A stretch of DNA of 64,000 bases. Origin: Eledone cirrhosa (Eukaryota). The stretch covers positions 294,066,001 through 294,130,000 of the forward strand of contig OZ024741.1 of NCBI GenBank assembly GCA_964016885.1. Direction: 5' to 3'. Positions within the stretch are counted from its first letter, which is position 1. Every line of letters starts with the position of its first letter. A program made the translations under genes and the position numbers. Below the pieces are notes generated by a model. That model was not told the DNA's origin. It made no database searches and worked only from the letters and a program-made list of their open reading frames with translations. Positions 1-10,320 of the stretch are shown one piece after another.

Positions 1-335
1 CACACGTGGACATGCCTACAAAATCAGAAAACAGCACAGCTCCCATGACTTTCGGAAACATTTTTTCACGCTTAGAATTGCTGAAGCATGGAACAAACTG
101 CCTGCATCAGTTGTTAGCTGCCGAGACACTGCATCCTTTAAAACAGTCATGCTTCCTGAAATTCGTCAAAACTACACCTGATGTCCCCTTCCATACACAT
201 GCACACATGTGTATATCATGACTCATGCACTGTTCATTTTCCTGACGTTTGTACATTACCCTATGTACTATACATACACTTTTGATGAGTTCTAGTGCAC
301 CTGAGCACTGTACACAATATTTTAATTATTATTAT
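1..335 (+). mobile_element. CR1-clade LINE, 3' fragment
   Basis: Reads TRGHAYKIRKQHSSHDFRKHFF.LRIAEAWNKLPASVV; near-identical to 16070-16397; (TTA)n tail. Confidence 0.85.
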
Positions 336-360
336 ACATTATTCTCATTATTATTATATA

Positions 361-546
361 AGGTGGATTGGAAGTATCGGTAGAGGGTCGGACGCCATGC
401 TTTGATGCAAAGAGTTACGGCTATTCTGAGTTCAAATCCTGCCGAGGTTAACTTTGCCTTTCATCCTTACGGGGTCGATAAAATAAAGTACCAGTAATAC
501 ACTGGGTAATTGCTGGCCTTGTGCCAAAAGTAGAAACAATTATTAT
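361..546 (+). mobile_element. Nin/Deu-domain SINE
   Basis: B-box-like GAGTTCAAATCC, core GCCTTTCATCCTTACGGGGTCGATAAAATAAAGTACCAG, (TTA)n tail; at least 8 copies in window. Confidence 0.8.
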
Positions 547-1385
547 ATAAATATTTTATAAAGTCATTTTTTTGTATAACATATTTAAAAATATATATTT
601 CCCTACTTTCTTCCCAGTTATAAATCCAGTCTTTTTTCTGTGTATGTGGTCGTATTTATCGAAATTCTTGAAGGGAAAATGATTTTATGGAAATCTAACT
701 GATATTTCTGGCAGATGGCATGACCACTTGTAGCTGTTTTATTCAGCTGTAGTTAATATTATGGAAATTGAGTGTCCAACAAATTGTTTACTTCAGTTAT
801 ACAAACTAATTCTAAAATATCAACAATAATATGATTTTAAAAAACCAATACACAGATAAATATTTTTAAAATTCATTTATCGGAAGAATATTTTTTTAAT
901 ATACATATATATATTTCTATATTCCCAGTGAAAATTTCAGATCTATCAGGTTTTTTTTTTTTTTTGCTTTTTATTTTCAAAATTAAATTCTTAAGGAAAA
1001 AATATTCTATGTAACTGTCAATCAGAAATTTGGGTTATATTTATAAAGTAATTTGAACCAAATCTATTTTATTTTATTTATTTATTTATGTATTTATTTA
1101 TTTATTTATTTATTTATTTATTCATTTTTTTTTACAAATATATCTAAAAATGTAGGTAAACTCATCTGAATTAAGTGAAAATGTCTCAAAAAAGAGAACT
1201 ACCACAATACATAAAAAACAAAACAGAATATAAAATTTACAAATAAAGTAATTTTGAAACATAAGAAATGGTTTTCATTTATAACAAATTAAAATAGAAA
1301 TACAAGTGTATTTTTTAGTTTTGTTTTGTACATTGTATGTGCATACATATGTATGTGCATATATATACTTACATACATATATGTG

Positions 1386-1416
<31 letters not shown>

Positions 1417-1447
1417 ATATATATATATATATGTATGTGTATTTATA

Positions 1448-1507
1448 TCATCATCATCATCATCATCATCATCGTTTAACGTCCATCTTCCATACTTGCA
1501 TGGGTTT
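1448..1507 (-). mobile_element. Minimal RTE-A 3' tail (about 35 nt plus (ATG)n)
   Basis: Reverse complement AAACCCATGCAAGTATGGAAGATGGACGTTAAACGATGATG matches the RTE-A terminus; (TA)n on both sides. Confidence 0.75.
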
Positions 1508-1566
1508 ATCTATATATATATATATATATATATATATAGATAGATATATATATATGTATGTATCCG

Positions 1567-1601
<35 letters not shown>

Positions 1602-1627
1602 CTGTATTTATTAATATATATATATAT

Positions 1628-2778
1628 AAGGAGTAGGTAGAAACTCCATTTTATGTCCCAAATGCAAAGTATGGGTGCATAAAAGATGTAGTGGGATCAC
1701 AGGTAAGCTAACTAAGAACATAGATTTTATATGTGTCCGGTGCTCTGGTGCAATAAGTAGCAGCAAGTGCCGACAGAATACTAGCTCAATCCATTGCGCA
1801 GAGGGTTCTATAGAAATAGTGGACAGCTTCCGTTACCTGGGTGACAAAATCAGCAGTGGGAGAGGGTGCTCTGAAAGTACAGTAGCTAGAGTCAGAACTG
1901 GATGGAAAAAGTTCAGAGAGCTTATACCACTATTAGCCGCTAAAGGGTTCTCCCTAAAAATGAAAGGCAGGCTGTATGATGCCTGCATACGAACAGCAAT
2001 GTTGCATGGCAGTGAGACCTGGGCATTGTGTGCAGAGGATATATGCAGACTGGAGAGGAACGAAGCTTGCATGCTCCGTTGGATGTGTAATAGTAATATA
2101 CGTGAACGGCAAAGCTTAAACGAATTAAGGGAAAAATTAGAAATAAGAGGGATCAGATGTTGTTTACGCAAGAGAAGACTACGTTGGTATGGTCACGTGA
2201 TGCGCATGAAAGACGACAGCTGTATAAAAAAGTGCAGGGCAATAAAAATAGACGGTAGCCACGGAATAGGCAGACCTAGAAAAACCTGGGACGAGCTGAT
2301 AAACTCCGACCTCACACACTTACACCTCTCCAAGACAATGTCACTGGACCGAGATCTTTGGCGCTACACAGTAATAGAGAAGACCCGCCTTACCTAAGTA
2401 CAAAGTGAAACCTACTACACTCAGTAGGCACCTCTAACAAAATACATCCCCATCTCACTACCCCCACCCCATCCACACCACCCCTTTCAATGTAAAGTTA
2501 TGTTGGTACCACAGCATCCAGCCCGAAACAAATGAGGTCGTGTAGGTGTCACGACAAAAAAACACACAGTCCACGCTGAAATGTGGCCGTGTAGGTAACA
2601 CGGTAAAAACCTCCCAGTTCCACACTGTAAATGTGGTTGGTGTTAGGAAGAGCATCCAGCTGTAGAAAACCCGCCAGACTGACCTATGTGAGCACGACAA
2701 CCACTCTTGCCTCAAGTGGGAAAACTCCCGTCCAAACCCATGCAAATGGACGTTAAACGATGATGATGATGATGATGA
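1628..2778 (+). mobile_element. RTE LINE family A, 5'-truncated, with structured 3'UTR
   Basis: Open frame to 2397 with [35 protein letters not shown]; about 370-nt 3'UTR; (ATG)n tail. Confidence 0.92.
1675..2397 (+). pseudogene. RTE ORF2 C-terminal remnant (part of PHD-like finger and post-RT region)
   Basis: 240-aa ORF in track; typical RTE C-terminal motifs; no genuine start. Confidence 0.85.
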
Positions 2779-2849
2779 TATATATATATGTATCTGTATT
2801 TATAAATATATATATATATATATGTATCTGTATTTATAAATATCTCTCT

Positions 2850-3138
2850 ATTTCACATTGCTCCAGTTTACTCAGCTGTAGAAATGAGATGATAGGGACT
2901 GTGGTCCCTATCATTCCACTGCAAAGTGGTCGTGGAGGTGCCACAGCAAAAAAAAAAGCACCCAGTCCACACTGTAAAATGGACGTGTAGGCGCCATGGA
3001 AAAAAAGCACCCAGCACTCACTGTAAATGAGGTTGGTATTAGGAAGGGCATCCAGCTGTAGAAATCAAGCCAGAATCAGTTCCCGTCCCACCCTTGCAGC
3101 AGGGAAAAGCGGACATAAAATGATGATGATGATGATGA
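2850..3138 (+). mobile_element. SINE-A, 5'-truncated, two pseudoknot units
   Basis: Matches 35250-35470; tail CCCACCCTTGCAGCAGGGAAAAGCGGAC then (ATG)n. Confidence 0.85.
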
Positions 3139-3151
3139 TATATATATATAT

Positions 3152-3678
3152 ATTAGAATTGGTGCTCTGAAATAGCGATATATATATGAATGTATATATA
3201 GTGTATTTTGCAATACACTGTATGCTTAATTAGAAGCATTTTGAATGTCATACGCTATTGTTTTAAAGTAGCGACATTGTCGCTTACTTACATTTTTGGC
3301 AGGCAAGGGGAGATAAGTTGACAGCGCTGTTTCGTACTGATTGGTACTTGTGAAAACTCAGTACTCTCCCTGTCTGCCGAAAATTAGGTACGTTGGATTC
3401 TTATAGATTTCCAGTAACAATCAGAAACTGATTTTACAGAGCGGTCGCCGGCCCAGCAGAAATGGAAAATTAGAATTGGTGCTCTGAAATAGCGATATAT
3501 ATATGAATGTATATATAGTGTATTTTGCAATACACTGTATGCTTAATTAAAATTATCTCCCCCTGCCTGCCGAAAATTTAAGTAAGCGACAATGTCGCTA
3601 CTTTAAAACAGTAGCGTATGGCCTTTGAAATGCTTTTAATTAAGCATAGAGTGTATTGCAAAATACACTATATATACA

Positions 3679-3690
<12 letters not shown>
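3152..3690. repeat. Direct plus inverted (fold-back) repeat between (TA)n tracts
   Basis: 3152-3231 repeated directly at about 3469-3549; about 3553-3690 is the reverse complement of about 3180-3316. Confidence 0.85.
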
Positions 3691-3727
<37 letters not shown>

Positions 3728-4035
3728 GTATTTATAAATATCTATCTATATACATATATATATATATATATGTATATATATGTCTCTCTCTCTATAAATA
3801 TCTATATGTGGAATTTGTAGTTTACTTGAAGCATTGTATATGGTATAAACATTCGAAGTTGGAAAACCATGACAATGCAGGTATGGACAGAGAAAAGTTA
3901 AAACGCAAGAAACAGGGTTTGTTTTTTTACCTTAATTTATTCATATGTCCTCATATTTCGAGATTAATATCTCTTCATCTAAGGAAAATAAAGGAACTAT
4001 TCCAGTGTCCAATTTGGCTTGCATACATATATATA

Positions 4036-4458
4036 GGGTATATCTCCAAGATGAAGGATCATTGCCTGCCCAGTACCACACTGTACAGCAAACTCCCCAC
4101 TGACTGTGATAACAGGGTTGCTCCAAAGTAGTGATTCAAGGACTATTTGAAAAAATCCCTTGGTGCCTGTCACATCTACCATAACCAGTGGTCCAACCTA
4201 GCTGAGAACTATGATGACTTGTGTCTCAATATAAAGCATGCTATCTCTTCCTGCGAAAACACTGACAGATCCATCCTTAAGGACAAAAGGAACAGGAGGA
4301 AGAACCACAATACCAAGTCATCAAACTCTAACCAGACTTTCATCCGCAGTTGCTGTGCCTGCCTGTCCTGCATTGGCTTAAACAGCCATGAATGAGCCTG
4401 CAATCAACATGGACCACCCTCTTCATAATCTTTGTTTGCGAAGCCAAGCTCTCATGAT
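4036..4458 (+). mobile_element. RTE (BovB-like) LINE 3' fragment, degenerate
   Basis: FKDYLKKSLGAC...CACLSCIGLNSHE C-terminal zinc-knuckle-like end with stops; starts after (TA)n. Confidence 0.7.
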
Positions 4459-4726
4459 ATATACACACATATATATATATATACACAAATATATATTCAC
4501 TATGAATACTGCTTGATTATGGCTGACAATTGATACACCCAGGACACCATAGTGAAATACCAATATATGGAACATTACATTATGTAACATTCCCTCCTTA
4601 TCTTAATTTATATTCCTTTGAAGTTCCGATGAGCCGCTCTGTTTTTAAATATGTTTTTAAATATGTCAATTATTTTCAACTGAACCAAATCAATAATGAT
4701 ATATAGTCATTTGATCCAGAAATATT

Positions 4727-4810
4727 ATACGGGGTCGATAAAATAATGTACCAGTAATGTACTGGGTAATTGCTGACCTTGTGCCTAAAGTAGAAACAAT
4801 TATTATTATT
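4727..4810 (+). mobile_element. Nin/Deu SINE 3' fragment
   Basis: TACGGGGTCGATAAAATAATGTACCAG...GTAGAAACAATTATTATT. Confidence 0.8.
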
Positions 4811-5095
4811 AATATTATTATTATTATTCTCTACATTCCTTACATCAAACTAAAATATGTTGACAATCTTTTAATGTCTTCCTTGTGAAATTTGTGGTCT
4901 TGTTTTGCTTAACTAATGAATATTTCCAGCTCTGAGCACCTAACTTCTGCATGAACCCAGCCACCTAGCTGCTTTCTACTGCATATTGCACATTGAGCAC
5001 ATGCCTTTACGCTATGGCTTCTAACTAATTCACCAATCTCTCCTCTCCTATCTCCATCTCTCTCTTCAAGATTGGTTACTCTTGAATTGTGTACC

Positions 5096-5183
<88 letters not shown>

Positions 5184-5217
5184 CATATTCCCAATATATA
5201 TATATATGCATATGTGC

Positions 5218-5262
<45 letters not shown>

Positions 5263-5275
5263 AATATATATATAT

Positions 5276-6053
5276 AAGGAAAAAATTAGAAATAAGAGGG
5301 ATCAGATGTTGTTTACTCGAGAGAAGGCTACGTTGGTACGGTCACGTGATGCGCATGAAAGACGACAGCTGTATAACAAAGTGCAGGGCAATAAAGATAG
5401 ACGGTAGCCACGGAGTAGGCAGACCCAGAAAAACATGGGACGAGCTGATAAATTCCGACCTCACACGCTTACACCTCTCCAAGACAATGTCACTGGACCG
5501 AGACCTTTGGCGGTACTCAGTAATAGAGAAGACCCGCCTTACCTAAATACAAAGTAAAAACCTACTACAGTCAGTAGGCACCTCTATCAAAACACACCCC
5601 CGTCCCACCACCTCCACCCCACCCACACCGCCCCTTTCAATGTAAAGTTATGTTGGTCCCACAACATCCAGGCCGAAACAAATGAGATCGTGTAGGTGTC
5701 ACGACAAAAAACACACAGTCCACGCTGTAAATGTGGCCGTGTAGGCAACACGGTAAAAACCTCCCAGCCCCACACTGTAAATGTGGTTGGTGTTAGGAAG
5801 GGCATCCAGCTGTAGAAAACCCGCCAGACAGTCCACGCTGTAATGTGGCCGTGTAGGCAACACGGTAAAAACCTCCCAGCCCCACACTGTAAATGTGGTT
5901 GGTGTTAGGAAGGGCATCCAACTGTAGAAAACCCGCCAGACAGTCCTATGCGAGCAAGACAACCACTCTTGCCTCAAGTGGGAAAACCCCCGTCCAAACC
6001 CATGCAAGCGTGGAACACGGACGCTAAACCTGATGATGATGATGATGATGATG
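5276..6053 (+). mobile_element. RTE-A 3' fragment with tandem duplication in 3'UTR
   Basis: [15 protein letters not shown]...EKTRLT stop; about 5717-5829 duplicated at about 5829-5944; (ATG)n tail. Confidence 0.9.
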
Positions 6054-6090
6054 ATATATATGCATGTATATAGATCTATATATATGTTTA

Positions 6091-6202
<112 letters not shown>

Positions 6203-6211
6203 TATATATAT

Positions 6212-6372
6212 CTAAGGCGGGTAAAATTCCCGAGATCCATGGACGAGTTCTCTCCAGCGGTCTCTGACCCTCATTATCGCTGCCATGTCCTGCGTCTCCA
6301 ACAGACCAGTGTCTGTCCTTAGGGCATCAACATACGTTAACCTTGGTCTTTCTCTTCTAGTGTGTCCATGTA
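6212..6372 (-). mobile_element. RTE/RTE-X-like LINE extreme 3' fragment
   Basis: Minus strand reads [52 protein letters not shown] stop (not in ORF track). Confidence 0.75.
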
Positions 6373-6428
6373 TATCGTTTCTAAATTTGTTTAGCCAGAT
6401 TCTTTATCTGAAAATGTGTGTTGAAACC

Positions 6429-6919
6429 GATATTGTTATACTTTGGGAGGGTCATGTTGCCAATAAGAAACACACGCACTAGTTGCTTTCACTCCAATTT
6501 ATTATAAATTAAATTATAAATTTAAAAATTTATAAATTTCCAGTTGGCTGGTTGGTTCCACAACCGGACGGTTGTTCATATATTGTCAAAGTTTTTTCGT
6601 CACACATTCTGTGACCTCTTCAGTGACTGGGCCTCTTCCTTGTTCTGTCCTATGCCATCTTGTTTTTGTGTGTGTTGTGTGCTTAGTTTGCACATGTGTT
6701 ACATCCAGGTGTCTGTGTGTGTTTTTATTTGTTTATTTATTTGTTTATTTACATGTTACTGGCTGGTTGTTTGACAATATATGAACAACCGTCTGGCTGT
6801 GGAACCAACCAACCAACCGGAAATTTATAAATTTTTTAATTTATAATAAATTGGAGTGAAAGCAACTGGTGCGTGTGTTTCTTATTGGCAACATGACCCT
6901 CCCAAAGTATAACAATATC
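6429..6919. repeat. Fold-back element, arms 6429-6590 and 6770-6919
   Basis: GATATTGTTATACTTTGGGAGGG...TATTGTCAAA versus TTTGACAATA...CCCTCCCAAAGTATAACAATATC. Confidence 0.9.
6585..6627 (-). ncRNA. Hammerhead ribozyme-like motif, stem III degenerate
   Basis: GTCA-CTGAAGA-G-GTCACA-GAATG-TGTGAC-GAAA-AAACTT-TGAC; 6-bp stem II, 4-bp stem I. Confidence 0.6.
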
Positions 6920-8493
6920 ATCACCATCATCATCATCATCATCATTTTACGTCCGCTCTTCCCTGCTCGCAAGGGTGGGACAGGTCTTATTCAGCACACC
7001 ATCTCTCCACTTGTCACGGTCCTTTGTCATCTCCACCATGAGCTTCAACGATCTGAGGTCTGTTCTCACCACCTCCGCCCATGTTTTTCGTGGTCTACCT
7101 CTACCACGTCTTCCTTCAACTGGCAATTCCTGGCACTTCTTCACCCATCGGTCATCCTCCATGTGCATTACATGTCTATACCACCTCAGTCTCCTCTCCC
7201 GTACACTACATTCTATCCCTCTCAGACACAGTTTCTCTCTCAACGCATTCATGCTGGGTCGTTCACGCACATTTACACTGCACATCCAACGGAGCATGCT
7301 TGCCTCATTTCTCTCCAGCCATCGCATATCCTCTGCAGTTGCTGCCCATGTCTCACTACTATGCAGCATCACGCTCCTCACACAGGCATCATACAACCGG
7401 CCTTTCGTACACAGGGAAAAACCCTTCTTCATCAGCAGAGGAAGCAGCTCCCTAAACTTCTTCCAACCCGTCCTTATTCTAGATACTATGACCTCGGAAC
7501 ACCCTTCTCCCATGCTAATCTGATCTCCTAGGTACCGGAAGCTATCCACCACTTCTATAGCACCCTCCTGCATTTGAAAAATGTGTCTATCAGTGCGACT
7601 TCTACTGTCTAATTTCCCTGTACATCTACTGCATACATATTTCTCCCTACCTGTTAGTTTGCCTGCTATCCCACTACATCTCTTGCGTATCCAGGATCTG
7701 CATTGTGTGCATTTTATAGAATTTGTGCCAGTTCCTTTTCTGCATATCGAACATGGCCATTTCCCTGACAGAATCAGAGTTTCGTCCTCTTTTCTACTCA
7801 TCAACACTTTTGTCTTAGCTAGGTTCACTCTCAGTCCTTTTGCTTCCAACTGCTGTTTCCATAGCCAGAATTTATTCTCTAGCTCATCTACTGATTCTGC
7901 TATAAGAACCAGATCGTCAGCATAGAGAAGTTCCCATGGACAGCCAGTCTTAAACTCCTCTGTTATGGCTTGGAGGACTATAATGAACAAGAGCGGGCTG
8001 AGGACCGAACGTTGACGTACTCCTACTTGTATCTGGAATTCCTCACTAAACTCCATTCCTACCCTGACTTTACTGAGAGTACCTCTGTACAAAGTTTGCA
8101 CTGTCCTCACAAGCCATTCCTCAACACCTAGTTTCCTTAGGGACCACCAGATGACAGATCGGGGTACCCTATCAAAGGCCTTCTCTAGGTCAACAAAGGC
8201 TATGTATAGTGGCTTATTTTTTTCTAAGAACCTCTCTTGCAATTGTCTCACTAAGAAGAGGGCATCTGTTGTACTCTTCCCAGGCACAAAACCAAACTGC
8301 ATCTCATCTAGTTTGACCCTTTCTCTAATTAGTTGTGCTAATATCCTTTCTGCCACTTTCATAACCTGATCCATCAGTTTTATACCCCTATAATTGCTCC
8401 TCTCCAGAGCATCCCCTTTACCTTTGCAGCAATTTATGAGAATACTGCTGCACCAGTCTTTGGGTATGACACCACCATATATAGCCTGATTGA
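6918..8493 (-). mobile_element. RTE LINE family B, 5'-truncated, open RT frame
   Basis: NYRGIKL, QFGFVPGKST, FVDLEKAFDRVP, YADD at 7924-7913; ORF runs into (ATG)n tail; 5' end abuts (TA)n. Confidence 0.95.
6947..8493 (-). pseudogene. Reverse transcriptase ORF2 remnant (endonuclease domain missing)
   Basis: About 515 uninterrupted codons; the N-terminal MMIDH..YIYI part is flank read-through. Confidence 0.9.
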
Positions 8494-9319
8494 TATATAT
8501 ATATACAATATCAACGACATGATCTATCATCATTCAGTATTGTGTATCGCTACCTAGATGTATTTATTGTAAAATTTATCTCTCCCCCCCACTCTCTCTC
8601 TCAGAGCTTCACCTCTTTCTCTCTCATACAACTTTGCTAACAAACTTTCTCTTCCTGATTATCATCAATGCTCTGCTGTTTTACTGAGAGAAAGAGAAAG
8701 GAAACTAAGGACTAAAGGTGCAAGAAAAAGAGAATTTGACATTATGAATTCTATGCCTGTTGTAATGCATAATAGAATACGAGAGAGAGAAAAGCATAGG
8801 GAGATAGAGAGAGAGATATGTCATGAGAGTGGGGGGATGAGAGATAGGAAGAGTAAAGTAAAAGATGGGTTTATTTAAAATTTGAACATATAACATGTTT
8901 CATGTTAGGAATGGCATCCAGCTATAGAAACCAAACCAAAATACAGATCCATATGAGTATGACATGGTCTCTGGATCTGACTTGTCTAATAATGCGACAA
9001 CCCACCTAAACTATGCAAGCATGGAAAAATCAATGTTATATGATGATGATGATTACATTAACTAAATGTGCAGCTCAGACAATGCTCATATTTCTTTTGT
9101 ATTAAATTTTATTCGTTCACATAAAACAGGAGTAACATACCAGCATGGGTCTGTAATTTCTTAATGATGTACATTTAAAACTTGCCGGAAGGTGACCTCC
9201 AGCATGCACATGGATGGGTTTCCTGCAGACTGTTGCATGGCAGGAATGAAAATCAATGTTGTGAAGACTGAGATATTTGTCCTTTTCAGAAAGCCTGCAT
9301 AGCATGCTCTGATGTATGT

Positions 9320-9925
9320 GAGTGAAGTTACACTAAAGCAGGTGAAGAAGTATATGTATCTCAGGGCAGTTTTTAAGTGTGATGGAAGGCTGAATTAGAT
9401 GCAAGAATTGCTGGAGCTGATACAATAATGCTCCAATTTCAGCACTTTGTCATCAAAAGAAGGAAGGTAGGTGCAAAAGCCAAGCTTTAATTCAGTGTTT
9501 GTGCCTATTTTTACCTATGATCATGAATCTTGGGTAATGACCAAAAGAATACAATTGTGAATACAAGCAACCGAAATGGGGGTTTTTTTGAAAGGTCTTT
9601 GGAGTAATGTTACTCAATACAATGCAAGGCTCAGAGATCAGGCAATCGCTCATGGTCAAGGCCACCATTTCTCCACATCATGGGTAGAATATATATAAAA
9701 GAAGCACTGGACAGATTTTATGGGCAAAGCCACCTGGCAGAAGACACAGTAGTAGATGATGAACAAGATGCCTGGATAACATCCTTGAGATCAGTTGGTC
9801 TAGTTAAGGGATACAACTAGATCAATTCAAAATTGGTGTCTTCTGATAGGGCCTTCAGAAAGGTGTATCTGAGAACTCTACCCCCATTACCTTTTCAGGT
9901 ATATGTGGGCTGAGAAACAGGAAGA
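9320..9925 (+). mobile_element. Degenerate RTE (Expander/Rex3-like) fragment
   Basis: LKQVKKYMYL, SVFVPIFTYDHESWVMTKR...IQATEM; homologous to 25300-25870. Confidence 0.65.
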
Positions 9926-10145
9926 GGGGAAAAGAGGAGGTTTCCAATGGATTTTGATGCCCAATTATTCATCTATTTAAGAAACCTCTGCACTCTTCCA
10001 CTTCAATTTATGCATTGTCAGGTTTTTAAACTATTTAGACTTTTTTCATTTCTTTACATACATTATTATGTATATGAATAACATTTACTATATTTATGAA
10101 TCAGCTTGAATTTTGTTATTGCGAGCTCACTGGTATTATTTGTAT

Positions 10146-10320
10146 GGCAGTATCGGTAGAGGGTTGGACGCCATGTTTTCTAGCATAGTTACGTCCCTTT
10201 ACAGTCTGAGTTCAAATCCCACCGAGGTTAACTTTGCCTTTCATCCTTACGGGGTCGATAAAATAAAGTACCAGTAATGTACTGGGTAATTGCTGGCCTT
10301 GTGCCTAATGTAGAAACATT
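10146..10320 (+). mobile_element. Nin/Deu SINE
   Basis: Matches 361-546. Confidence 0.85.

Noticed and set aside
6869-7925. Plus-strand ORFs of 114-220 aa
   Set aside because: Antisense shadows of the RTE-B reverse transcriptase frame
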